Of a DNA stretch of 64,000 bases, positions 50,806 to 61,794 are shown piece after piece. A program made the position numbers and the translations under genes. Within the stretch, counting starts at the first letter, position 1, and each line of letters opens with the position of its first letter. The stretch lies in assembly GCA_963666365.2 (NCBI GenBank), contig CAXXNF010000001.1, forward strand, positions 64,001-128,000. The letters are read 5' to 3'. This DNA comes from Syntrophales bacterium (lineage in GTDB: Bacteria; Desulfobacterota; Syntrophia; Syntrophales; UBA2210). A model generated the notes under the pieces. The model was given only the letters and a program-made list of their open reading frames with translations, had not been told where the DNA came from and did no database searches.

Positions 50806-52338
50806 ATGGGAGTCAAGACATACGATGAGTATCTCGACCGTCTGAAGAAGATGAAAAGGAACCTGTATATCGCCGGCGGTACATGCGACAGAACGGACGA
50901 GAGACTGGCGGCGCAGATGCGTGTCATACGTGAGACATACGACTGCGCGAACGACCCCGGCTGGGACGGCCTGGCAACGACGGCTTCTCACCTGACGGGG
51001 GAAAAGATCAATCGATTTACCCATATCCATCAGAGTGTCGATGATCTCCTGAAAAAACAACAGATGACCAGGCTTCTCTGCCACCGGGTCGGGGGGTGTA
51101 TTATGCGGTGCATGGGGATCGATGCCATGAACGCCCTCTCCGTTGTGACGTACGAGATGGATCAGGCGCTGGGGACGGATACCAATCAGAATTTCCTGAA
51201 GTACCTCAAATACTGGCAGGAAAACGATATCACCGCCAACTGTGCCCAGACCGACGTCAAGGGAGACAGGCTGAAGAGGCCCCATCAACAGGTCGACCCG
51301 GATCTGTATCTGCGGATCATCGAAAGCCGGACGGACGGAATCGTGGTAAACGGCGCCAAGATCGACAACACGACCGCCCCGGTAAGCGACGAAATCATCG
51401 CGATACCGACCCGATTCATGACCGACAAGGACAATGACTATGCCGTCGCGTTTGCCGTACCCGCCGACTGGGACGGGGTCAAGATGCTGGTCAGGCCGGC
51501 ATACAACCACAAACGGAATTACCTGCAGGCCCCCATCGCGGAGATAGGCGATGCCGAGTCCTATACCATTTTCGACAATGTATTTGTGCCCCGCGAGCGG
51601 GTCTTTCTCGACGGCAAAGGCGATCCGCGGCAGACGCCCTTTGCCGGTTTTCTTGCCCTGCTGTTCGCCCATTATCACCGGCACTCCTACACCGGATGCA
51701 AGCCCGCCACATCCGAGGTCCTGGCCAGCGCCGCGGCCCTCGCGGCGGAGTACAACGGGATCGAGAAGGAGCCCCACGCCAGGGAAAAGGTATCGCACAT
51801 GGTAGGGGTGGCGGAGCTCGTCTTCGCCGCCGGGCAGATGAGCGCCTATCGCGCGGAGAAATCGGCATCCGGGACGTACATACCCGACGAGGTCCTGACC
51901 AACGCCGGCAGAAGGCTGGCGGGTGAAGAAATCTACAATGAATACAGGATTGTCGCCGACCTTGCCGGGGGGCTGTGCGCCACGATGCCCTTTGAAGAGG
52001 AATTCTTCTCAGAAGAGACGGGGGAACTGGCGAACAAATACATGATGCGGAACCCCGACATCTCCGCGGAGAACCAGCACCGATGTTTCCGGGGCCTGGA
52101 AAATCTGATCGTCTCGGAGATGGCCGGTGTGGCACAGGTGGCGGGGCTGCACGGGGGCGGCTCGCCGCAGATGGAAACCATCACGATGATGGCCCGGTAC
52201 GATCTTGAGGGACTGAAGAGCGTAGCCAAGTATCTGTTCGGTATCGAGAAAGATCTGCCGAAATACGAACGGGCGACCGTCACGCCGCGCAAGATGCTGG
52301 AACGGTTCCAGAAGCTTTATGGTTCCTCGAAGACATAA
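50806..52338 (+). CDS. 4-hydroxybutyryl-CoA dehydratase-like protein (AbfD/HpaB family)
   Basis: CIMRCMG, TDVKGDR..RP, HRHSYTGCK Fe-S ligands, HGGGS. Confidence 0.85.
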   Translation: MGVKTYDEYLDRLKKMKRNLYIAGGTCDRTDERLAAQMRVIRETYDCANDPGWDGLATTASHLTGEKINRFTHIHQSVDDLLKKQQMTRLLCHRVGGCIMRCMGIDAMNALSVVTYEMDQALGTDTNQNFLKYLKYWQENDITANCAQTDVKGDRLKRPHQQVDPDLYLRIIESRTDGIVVNGAKIDNTTAPVSDEIIAIPTRFMTDKDNDYAVAFAVPADWDGVKMLVRPAYNHKRNYLQAPIAEIGDAESYTIFDNVFVPRERVFLDGKGDPRQTPFAGFLALLFAHYHRHSYTGCKPATSEVLASAAALAAEYNGIEKEPHAREKVSHMVGVAELVFAAGQMSAYRAEKSASGTYIPDEVLTNAGRRLAGEEIYNEYRIVADLAGGLCATMPFEEEFFSEETGELANKYMMRNPDISAENQHRCFRGLENLIVSEMAGVAQVAGLHGGGSPQMETITMMARYDLEGLKSVAKYLFGIEKDLPKYERATVTPRKMLERFQKLYGSSKT

Positions 52339-52503
52339 TCGTCTTGGCTGAGCGTTGCCCGGATTTATGTCTCACCCAGTTCGGAATTGATCCTGGCAAA
52401 ACTACCGTCACGGAGCCGATTGAGAATATGGAACAATTTGAAATCCCGCTTATTCCCTAAAAGCGGGAAGGGATTGGAAAATCAACGATATCAATGAAAC
52501 GGG

Positions 52504-52540
52504 AGGTCAAGGGGGAATGTCCGTTTTCCCCTTGACCTTT
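52504..52540. terminator. hairpin between convergent genes, probable terminator
   Basis: AGGTCAAGGGGGAA...TTTCCCCTTGACCT followed by T's. Confidence 0.6.
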
Positions 52541-52576
52541 ACTGCCGGAGAATACATCGGAGCAGACAAAACAAAC

Positions 52577-53176
52577 TCATGCTTCCTCTTCGACTTTTTC
52601 TCGACCGGTAATCATCGATTTTGTGTACGAGAGGACCGTTTCTCCCGTTGTTGCCATGCAGACATGCACTACAAAGAACTCCATCACCAGAAAAGCGACG
52701 GCGGTATGAATAACCGCAACCGTCCGAAGGCCGACACCGAGAGCCTGCTGGGTCCATATCGGATAGAAATACAACACTCCGCTTACGATCTGTATGCGCA
52801 GCAACAGGCATACGAAAAAGAAATAGGACACCTGCTGAAGAGGATTCAGCCTACGCTCGCGCGTCTTTTTGAAAGGATGCGTATGCCCTTTGAATATGCC
52901 GACGAAATAGTAAACGGCAACTCCCATGATATTCGCAACGCGAGGGATATACTGTTTCCATTCCCCGGTCACGACATGCCAGAAGAGAGCGAAAACCGTC
53001 AGAATAACGAGTATCCATCCAATGCAATTATGATACACACAGGCCTTTTCGAAACAGACGATATGATAGGAACCATGTACCTCAAAACCGGTGACAACCA
53101 GTAAAATAATAAGCAGTGCCTGGCTCCAATGCCAGAAACGTTCAAAAACGGGATATAAGAGAATTTCTTTTTTCAT
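52577..53176 (-). CDS. cytochrome b/b6-domain membrane anchor
   Basis: ERFWHW, TGFEVHG, NPLQ and His heme ligands. Confidence 0.85.
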   Translation of the reverse strand: MKKEILLYPVFERFWHWSQALLIILLVVTGFEVHGSYHIVCFEKACVYHNCIGWILVILTVFALFWHVVTGEWKQYIPRVANIMGVAVYYFVGIFKGHTHPFKKTRERRLNPLQQVSYFFFVCLLLRIQIVSGVLYFYPIWTQQALGVGLRTVAVIHTAVAFLVMEFFVVHVCMATTGETVLSYTKSMITGREKVEEEA

Positions 53177-54797
53177 GATTTATCCTTCTCCTTCGTATTG
53201 CAACACACACGCAATATGCTATGCGCGATGACACAGACAAGCGCCAGGATCACGAGTATCCAACCGGCGGTATCAACAACGGGAGACGAATCACGGCCGG
53301 GAAGATAGAAGCCGGCGAGATGTGCCAGACGACCATTTCTGCTGTGGCACGCGTCGCATTGAAGCGAATCCTCTTTCGGCGCCACCATATGATTCACTGG
53401 CCAGTATGATTCGGTCTTAACAAAGCCGATTTTCCCGCTGAAGGATTTACCCACCTCGGCCATTCCGGCCTTCGCGGATTATTCCCAGTCAAAATTTTCC
53501 CAGAAAGCTCACGAATCCTTGGATCCGAACAGCTTCGGCACAATCAGGACTTTGTTAACGGGATCGAATACCTGTTTACCCCGGAGCACCTTAAAGGGGA
53601 ATGTCTTCGCCCCCTCACGGCCATACGCCCCCCGGGGATTGTTCATCGCGATGATACCTGTCGCATCAACCGGACCATCGGGACAATGATAATCCATTCC
53701 TCCCGTATACCAACGATATTCCGGGATGAAAGAACTATTCCACGCAAGATCGTCTTTTTGGGTATGGTAACTGACATTACCATCAACATCCTTTTTAACA
53801 ATAAAGCGATTATTCTCATCAAACTTACCCTCCGTGCTCCAATCCCATCCGACAAGCGTCGATTTTCCACCTCTTCCTATTCCCGGAATGTGGCATGCCT
53901 GACAGGAAACGTTTGCTATATGATCGTTGAGCGTTGCGGATTCCTGATGTGGCGCCGCACCATGGCACGTCTCGCACCCGATAATATTTTCTTTATCATG
54001 CGGCATGGCACGCTGATGACTGTTCTGTGCCGGTGAGACATAGTACCGCCCCGGTATGACATGATTGTCCGTGGCATGACATGTTGTGCAGCTATAGTTC
54101 AATCCTTCGGCATCCATATGGACATCGATCGCCTTGTCGGGTTTTACCAGCAGAGAGTTCAGGTCACCGTGTTTCACGCCGCCCCCCTCCGCCGAAGAAG
54201 TGACATGCGCCGCATGCCTGTCTGCTCGCTTTCCCGACATGTTGAGCGATGTGGGCAAGATCAAGGGGTTCGAATGTCTTGCCACCGAACTTTTTCGTTT
54301 AGTACGCCGGATGACCGCACCTGCTAGGATATTTTTTATAGGTCCCCGTCATGTCATGACACACTAGGCAATCAATCCGATCCTGGGCGCTCAAATCGAA
54401 GTTCTCGTCCTTCCACCCATAACCGATGTGACAGCGGGTACACCTGCACCAGTTCGATTGCGGGGTGACTCAGAGATTATTTAAATATCGGGCCTTTCCG
54501 AGGCATTGATCGTCCGATTTGTCCGGTACCCACGTCCAGTGAAAGGTGTGTTGAATCTGCGAGGCTGCCTCGGTATGACACGAGGGGCATGCCTGCGTGA
54601 CTTCCGGACCCGATTTAAAGTCTTTTTGCAGCTCTTCGAATTTACTATGGTCCGCGGTCGATTCTCCTGCCTGTCCAGGAATAACTGGTAATGATTACGC
54701 GTTGCCTGCAAGGATAATAATATATCCGAAGGTACAGAAAAACAGGAACGGGCGCAGAAGTGATTGATATAGTGTGGGTCCCCCCTCCTTAACCATG
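53173..54797 (-). pseudogene. octaheme tetrathionate-reductase-family c-type cytochrome, multiply disrupted
   Basis: Across frames there are 8 heme motifs (CPSCH, CTRCH, CLVCH, CGACH, CTTCH, CETCH, CQACH, CDACH) plus STADHSKF and NHMVAP; several stops and frameshifts. Confidence 0.88.
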
Positions 54798-55044
54798 ACG
54801 ATAATTCCTCCTTTCAACAGCAGTTGCTCATGATATGAAAACCATCCACCGGAAGGGAAAATGGTACCATTCCCCCCCCAGCCGACAATCATCTCAGAAA
54901 TAGAGAACTGTCGGTTCCGGCGGCAAGATCACTTCGTAGATATGGGCTAGGAAGATAACCGAAGGATACCGATAAATAGATATGGTGTCCCTATATTTAT
55001 GCGATCCGTTCCCTTTTGTCATCCTGTCTGCTCCGGCACTCGTC

Positions 55045-55722
55045 TCAGATGCGCACGGTAAGCTCTAAACCGCCTTTAAACGGGACCGTCATCGTGCGAA
55101 GTCTGTTCCCGGGGTCATGTACAAACTCAAAGTAGCTGCGGTAGAGACTGGCGAACGCCTTGGTATTATCGCATATCACGATGGCCCCGGGACGCAGATT
55201 CGGGGCCACAAGTTCCAGAGCGGGAAGTGCCACTTCCCAGACGTCAATCAGCATGAAATCTACTGGGCCGCCGATGTCGCAGAGCGTCTCCCGGAGATCG
55301 CCCTCACGCAGTTCGATGAACTCGCTGAGCCCTGCCTGCTGGAAGTTCGTCCGTGCGGCTCTCGCCTTCTTTGGCTCGTATTCCGTGCCAATGACCACTC
55401 CGTGCTCGCCCTGATTGTCGCGCACCGCCGCGGCCAGATAGAGCGTCGATACCCCGTACGATGTGCCCGCTTCCACAACTCGGGTCGCTCTCAGTGAACG
55501 GCAGAGCGCGTAGCAGAACTGCGCCTTCTCCCTGTCAAAGGCAACCATTTTGTCAGAGAAAAACCGATGCATGTCGTCGTCAAAGCGGACCTCCTTGTCG
55601 AGGGTGCCTTCTCGTACCCGACGTGCAATGTAGTCTTTGATTTCGCCAACCTGGGCGTCGCTTTGTGCATGCAAGCGGTCGAGCAGGACCTCAAGTCTCG
55701 GATCATTCAGCAAGGACGTCAT
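55045..55722 (-). CDS. class I SAM-dependent O-methyltransferase
   Basis: VVEAGTSYGVST, GDLRETL, PGAIVICDN. Confidence 0.9.
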   Translation of the reverse strand: MTSLLNDPRLEVLLDRLHAQSDAQVGEIKDYIARRVREGTLDKEVRFDDDMHRFFSDKMVAFDREKAQFCYALCRSLRATRVVEAGTSYGVSTLYLAAAVRDNQGEHGVVIGTEYEPKKARAARTNFQQAGLSEFIELREGDLRETLCDIGGPVDFMLIDVWEVALPALELVAPNLRPGAIVICDNTKAFASLYRSYFEFVHDPGNRLRTMTVPFKGGLELTVRI

Positions 55723-56136
55723 ATTTCGCTTCTCCTGTGGAATGCCACATCAATCTGGGCAGCGCCGAACCATGCTCTGAGCACAAGACACATTCGAACA
55801 TTTCATGTGCTGTAACGGGATGTCCTGTGCTCTTTATATTTTTGAATGTCTGTCTCTATTGGCGTCGGCAAGGACATCCCATTCAGTAAATGTCCCTTCC
55901 CGGCATGTTACGGTATCACATAGTCAATTTTTTCCCCGTTGGCAAGCCGGTTTTTCAGGGCATCACAAGAGCCTGTTCGACGCAGCCAAATTTCCGCCCA
56001 CCCAAACACTTGCCGAAATGCCGCATCAAATTGTGTTTTATTTCATTGACCCTGTAAATCATCTATAGGATAAGTCAGTTCTTCTTGATTATGTCTTAAC
56101 AAGTGAAAAGGCTAACGAATGATGGAAGGTAGGTAG

Positions 56137-58466
56137 ATGAAATTATTTTCACGGTGGGTTGAAAGTTATTATAGGAAGTCCTTGGGCATTTTTCTTCATC
56201 TTATTTTCGTTACTTACCTCTTCACTCCTGCAGCTCTTAATGCCGGAGTCCTGACGATGCCATCCTCCTCTTTAAATGTATCACTGGGCGGGAGCGTGAC
56301 GTTGAGCGCTTCGGCGGAGGGGTTGGCCGATTCGACTGTGAGCTGGTCGATAGTCTCCGGGGGCGGCTCCATCGATGCGGCTACCGGGGTTTACACAGCA
56401 CCGGAGGTAATGCCCGTGGGTGGTCTTGCCGTGGTCTGCGCCACTTCGAATGCCGATCCGACCCGGTCGGGCTGTGTCACGATCCGGCTGAGCCCCGCTT
56501 TGGCGTTGGGGGGTCTGGGGGAGCCGATCGATTTGCCCGGAGTGAGCGAGGGGGTGATCGTGGCCGATATGAACGGCGACGGCCGGCCGGATCTGGTTGC
56601 GGGGGATAATTTCAGCCGAAAGCTCAGCGTGGTTTTGAATGCGGGGGAAGGCGCATGGGAGGCGGCGAAGACCTATGAAGTGGGAGAGGCGCCCTATCCG
56701 TCCGTTGGAGATTTTACCGGTGACGGCTGGGCGGATGTCGTTATGACCGGCGGGGACGGTTCGCTTCATCTGCTGGCGAACACCGCCGATTTCACGGGGA
56801 CATTGACGCCTTCGCCCGCGATCATGACTCTCCCCGCCGATGTCCGCAATCTGAAGCCGGTGCATGTGGATACCGACGGCACGCTCGATCTCGTGGCATT
56901 GGCCGGGAACAGCGCTTCGATGATGCTGCGGGGTACCGAGGGCGATTTTGAGGGTCCTGCCTGGCTTTTTTATGGATCCATTTCCGGAGCCGGCATTGCG
57001 GATTTCGATGGCGACGGACGGCCTGATATCGTCGCATCCGGGCTCAATGAGGGTAAGACGTACATTTTGCCGGGTCTTGAAAGCGGCACATATGGATTTT
57101 CCGTGCATCCGGCCATGAGGTGTGTGAACCTGGGGCGCAAGGAGCAGTTCAGCTGGCGCGCGCTCAATCCGCAGACAGGGCCGCCGCGATCCTACGAGGT
57201 AAGCTGGAATGCAGGATCGGACATGGCAGGGACGGTTACCTATCAGGCGCCTGCGACAATGCCGCCGGATCCGGTGACTGTGTCGGTGACCCGGAGCGAC
57301 ACCGGGGAGATGGCGAGCGCCGCAGTGGTTTTGACCGATATCGGGTTCAGCTACGGCCAGCCTGCGGGCCAGGCGGTCTGGAGCATTTTCAGTGATCCCG
57401 CGGACCCGGCCATCCTTTATGTGGCAGGGGAGGCAGGGGTTGTGTACCGCTCGGAGGGTGGCAAGAGCGCCGAGCAGCTTGGCGATTCTTTCAGCAGCAA
57501 TGCCATTAGCCAGGTCGGCGTAACCCTGGATATCGATGGCAACGCGATACTGCTGGCATCGGACAATGTGAGGGTATACCGCTACGATTTAAGTGCCGGC
57601 ACGACGGGGATCTGGCAGTCTTCCGGGGATGAGGCATGGGGTGTTTCCTTCGCATCGATACCCGGCAGCAGTGTGGTGTATGCCCAGAGGAGTGAAGCGC
57701 TCTATCGCAGCAGCGATGGAGGGGTAGACTGGAGTGCGGTCGGATTGCCGGATTGGATCGAGAGCGTGAAGGCGGTCTGGGCTGTAGATGTCAACCAAGT
57801 CTATATCAGCTGCCTTTCCGGAGACGCCTATAAAGTGGCGTACAGCGCCGACGGCGGCGCGACCTGGTCGGATTGCAGCTCAGGTCTGGGAGATCACCTT
57901 CAGGAGATTGTTTCTCTCGTATGGGACCATGGGGATCCGAACCGGTTGATGCTCTCCTTTCGAAGCGGCGTCTTGACCGAGGGAGATCTGGTTTTTCGCT
58001 CCACTGACATGGGACACACTGGCAGCCTGTGCTGGATCTGCCGCTCACCCGCGGCCGCGGGCTGGCATCGGATCCCGGAGGATCGGGAACGGTCTATGCG
58101 ATGGGAGACAGCGGCTACGAGGAGTACGTGATTTATAAGAGCGGGGACTGGGGCGCCAGTTGGTGGGATATTACCACCGGGCTGCCGACCGGTTATAAGT
58201 CGGCTATCGCGGCCTCCCCCCTCGGACCCGATTTCCTCTATGTCGGCGGCGCCGGCGGACTGTTTGCAACCAAGTTCCCGTCAGTTCCAGGAGATTTAAG
58301 TGGGAACAGATCGTTAGGCCTTGAGGACGTGATTATTGTCCTCCAATTAAGCTCGGGGATTAACTTGGAATTTGAAGGTACTTTGAACATAGACATCAAC
58401 GGCGACGGTAGGGTAGGTTTAGCTGAGGCGATCTATATACTCAAGAAAATTGCAGAACCGAATTGA
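56137..58466 (+). pseudogene. secreted Ig-like/FG-GAP/BNR-repeat protein with a dockerin-like C-terminus, frameshift near 58015
   Basis: Signal peptide; DMNGDGRPDL repeats; S.DGG..W BNR repeats; RSTDMG continues as HWQPVLDL in the frame of ORF 58029-58466, ending GDLSG...DINGDG. Confidence 0.75.
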
Positions 58467-58523
58467 ATCTTTTTATCACTGCTGTCCCAAGGTTAAGAGT
58501 ATTTATAGGGGTCAGCCGTTGAC

Positions 58524-59662
58524 GGCCTGTTACCCAAATGATTTTTTTAAAAATACAGACACTCCCATATCCCTATAGAAGAGTCCGGGAGAAATTTTTG
58601 CACGTCCGTTAAGCAGGGCTCGGCAAAACATGGCCGATACCGAAAAGGTTCTTAAATATATTAACAATAACAACTATTTGTAAATATTTTGCATCGCCCC
58701 AATGCATTTCTCCTGTCCGAACATTGCTCTTTGACATCTTTCCCGTGGACTGCCGCATCAGGATGGCAATATTCTGGACGGCGGCAATAAGAAAGTCTTG
58801 AATCTCCATGCGCCACAAATTTCGCCATCTCGCTCGCTTATACCCATATCTCGTTGACCAGGCAAACGACCTCTCGGATAAATCCTGACGGCGCTTCACA
58901 TCCTTCCGCGCTTTTTTGCTTCCCGCTTCTCTCAGCTCTGCTTCGAGATCATCATGCCGTGCGTGTCGTTTAAGCGATCGTCCGTCCTTTGCCCGCGTAC
59001 ACTGTTTTCTCAGCGGACAGGCCGAGCAGATTGCCGATGAAGCTTTATATTCATAGTAGGTTCGTTTCTTGTTGTAATTCCGTCTTTGCAGCATGCGACC
59101 AGCAGGGCAGAGGAAGGCGTCCTTCACAGGGTCGTAGATGAACTCTTCCTTCGGGAAAATGCCTTTTTGTCTTCCCGACCCGCGGCCGGTCTTTTCAAGG
59201 GAAGGCATGTGCGCCTTTATCTTTCTGTCGCGGCAGAGAAGGAAATTGTCGATCGTCCCGTATTTGCTGTCGGCCACCGCCGTTTCCACCGTATGCTCCG
59301 TATTGCGCTCGTGAGCGTCAATCATATCTTCCAGAGCATGGCCGTCATCCACTGATCCGGCGGTCACTTTTGTGGCAGTGATGATCTCGTGCTTTTCATC
59401 GACGGCACGATGCGTTTTGTAGCGTACCTTTGATTTACTCCCCCGGTGACGGGTAACGGAAGCGTCGGGATCGGTCGTGGAGATATACCGTTTGTCTACG
59501 GGGGTCGTCTTCGACGCCTCTATGTCATCCAATCGCTTTTCAAGACGCCGATAACTTTTATTTAAATGCGTTTGTCGATCATCTGACGCAACAAAAATAC
59601 AACGGAATACTTACTTAATCCTATTCGCGTCTATTCGGCATAGGGGATTTGGGCAACAGGCC
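58524..59662 (-). mobile_element. IS1182-family element, internally deleted (only the 3' part of the transposase remains, 58609-~59580)
   Basis: STTDPDA, ADSKYG, CPAG and ERSF motifs; inverted ends GGCCTGTTACCCAAAT / ATTTGGGCAACAGGCC. Confidence 0.8.
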
Positions 59663-59687
59663 GTCAACGACTGACCCCATTTTTGGC

Positions 59688-59822
59688 CCATACGCCTCTT
59701 CAAATCGCATCTTCCGGATCTCCTGTAGTATCTCCGTCCGTCTCATTCGCCACCTCCCGGTGACGCATTCTAACTGGACAGATTATGTGCTACAACTCCG
59801 GACATATTACTTGCTCCTAACA
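59688..59822 (-). mobile_element. truncated left end of a second copy of the IS1202-type element
   Basis: 59688-59839 is identical to 61080-61231. Confidence 0.9.
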
Positions 59823-59839
59823 CAAATTATTGTATTATC

Positions 59840-61214
59840 TGTTGTCAACAAATAGAACTGTCCGGTTTTGTAGCAAATGAGTTGTCCGCTTTGTAACCCT
59901 CATAAGAGTAGCGGAAGGCGTAGCCTGGAGCTACTCTTATGAGGGTTTGGCGAGCGGCGGACTTACGCTGCCTTTTCTCTCTGGGACTTCTCCAGGTTCC
60001 CGTGTGCATCATAGTCAGCCAGTTTTCTAGGACCGTGGAAAATGGCAAGCGAGCCGTCGGTATAACGGTGAACGCGCACTCTGACCTTGACGTAATGACA
60101 TCGATACCGGTTTGCCGGGATTTGTAACGTTTTGCCTTCAAAGCTGACGCAGTTGTCAGCGGTTACCGTTCTCTGGTACTGCTCACACAGGATATCGTCA
60201 AGATTTACTTGGCCCAAGGGTACAAAGGCTGAATCATTCTCGGTAGCAGGGTGCATGAATTCGGCGTTGAAAGCAGGTCGGTACACATCGGCCAGATACC
60301 GATTGGCCACCTCCATCGTGGTGATCCCATAGAGAGCCAATTCCTTGGGAATCCGACCCTGGTGCGTACCGAAGGCACGCTCGCTCCTTCCCCGTGCCTC
60401 CGGAGAATAGGCGGGGATCATCTCGATCCCCATCTGCTTCATGGCACGCCCAAACTGCGTAAGCTGTCCTTTACTGACCGCTCCCCCGGCTTTAGGGGTA
60501 TACCAGTAGTGACTGCCACGATCTGTGTAAATTGAGCTAAACAAGCCCTTTTGAAGAATCACATCTCGTACGCCCTGAAAGCTGCTGGTGGTGCCTTCCT
60601 CCTGGACAAAGAACATGCTGTAGTGCTCATTGGTCGCATCATCCATTGTCACGATCAGATCCCACTTCTTCCCCGGCACCCACTCATGGGCGCTACCGTC
60701 CTGATGAACAATCATCCCTGTCAACGGCGAGGGATCACGACGTTTCCGATGGGAGCCTTTCCTGGCCGTCTTCAAAACTAATCCCCTCGACTGAAGCGTG
60801 TTCTTCACCCAGGTGTAACTTCGCTGTCCTCCATCACGCCGATACCATGAATAAAAATGTTTCACATTCCAGCCTCGGTAACGACCTTCATACTGCCGGG
60901 AAAGCGCCATGACTTCATCCACGGGAGCTCGACGTGATGACGCCTGCGTCATCCGCTTGTCTAATAAGCCATCTAAACCCCTCTCCTCGTAACGATCAAC
61001 GTAGCGCCGGAATGTCCGGTCGCATACTCCCAATATCCGCGCCGCTTCCTCTTGGGTTAATCGACCTTCTGTCCATACACCATACGCCTCTTCAAATCGC
61101 ATCTTCCGGATCTCCTGTAGTATCTCCGTCCGTCTCATTCGCCACCTCCCGGTGACGCATTCTAACTGGACAGATTATGTGCTACAACTCCGGACATATT
61201 ACTTGCTCCTAACA
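59840..61214 (-). mobile_element. IS1202-family (ISNCY/IS481-related) element with a 17-bp target duplication
   Basis: TGT...ACA ends with repeated TGTCC/TTGTAGCA subterminal motifs; CAAATTATTGTATTATC at 59823-59839 and 61215-61231. Confidence 0.85.
59963..61138 (-). CDS. DDE transposase (IS1202/ISNCY type)
   Basis: HTH; HQDGS.H.W, DDAT, YTDRGS, SPEARGRSER. Confidence 0.92.
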   Translation of the reverse strand: MRRTEILQEIRKMRFEEAYGVWTEGRLTQEEAARILGVCDRTFRRYVDRYEERGLDGLLDKRMTQASSRRAPVDEVMALSRQYEGRYRGWNVKHFYSWYRRDGGQRSYTWVKNTLQSRGLVLKTARKGSHRKRRDPSPLTGMIVHQDGSAHEWVPGKKWDLIVTMDDATNEHYSMFFVQEEGTTSSFQGVRDVILQKGLFSSIYTDRGSHYWYTPKAGGAVSKGQLTQFGRAMKQMGIEMIPAYSPEARGRSERAFGTHQGRIPKELALYGITTMEVANRYLADVYRPAFNAEFMHPATENDSAFVPLGQVNLDDILCEQYQRTVTADNCVSFEGKTLQIPANRYRCHYVKVRVRVHRYTDGSLAIFHGPRKLADYDAHGNLEKSQREKAA

Positions 61215-61422
61215 CAAATTATTGTATTATCTTGACATACAACGACAGGTGAGGTAGTGTGCAGACTCATCCGTTTTTGCGCCTCCACCGTTTTTTTCTT
61301 ACCTGCTGTTATTTAAAAGGATGTTATACCTTGGAATAAATCAAAAGCCTTGAACAACCTGCTTATTCCATTCTTCACATTGTCAAGCAAAGATTGCCCA
61401 AAATAAAAAAGGAAGTACAGGA

Positions 61423-61794
61423 ATGAATGGGAAAAAAAACACAGATCTGAGATTAAGCGATTTTTTAAAAAACTACTTGCCGGAAATTTATAGTTTTTCA
61501 CTAAACAAACTGGGAGAATTCACTTTTCATAAAGAGCAAAAACTATGGGAACAAGGCAAAATGACTGCACCTTTCCTTAAGCAAGTCGGCGGAAGGTTGG
61601 GTTTTCCAACGTCCCAGGTAAGCAACTATAAGCTTTTATATTCATTGAAGAACCAGAGAGAAAAACTAATTGAGCTTCTTAAAGAGCAGCCGGAATTGGA
61701 TCAATATATAGCTATAAAGACACGGCCGCGCCTGAGCGCACTGAATCATAAAAAATCAAAAAAAGAGGGACCACCAGCCTCAGCAGACTTATAA
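61423..61794 (+). CDS. hypothetical AT-rich protein abutting IS1634
   Basis: 123-aa ORF whose stop lies immediately before the IS end. Confidence 0.35.
   Translation: MNGKKNTDLRLSDFLKNYLPEIYSFSLNKLGEFTFHKEQKLWEQGKMTAPFLKQVGGRLGFPTSQVSNYKLLYSLKNQREKLIELLKEQPELDQYIAIKTRPRLSALNHKKSKKEGPPASADL

Noticed and set aside
50620..51798. 392-aa minus-strand ORF
   Set aside because: Antisense shadow of the AbfD-like gene.
50806..52338. 4-hydroxyphenylacetate 3-monooxygenase (hpaB)
   Set aside because: It retains the Cys/His Fe-S ligands of the anaerobic dehydratase branch, and no flavin reductase partner is present.
55817..55880. 10-bp inverted repeat GGGATGTCCT/AGGACATCCC as a MITE
   Set aside because: Single occurrence with no target duplication; insufficient evidence.
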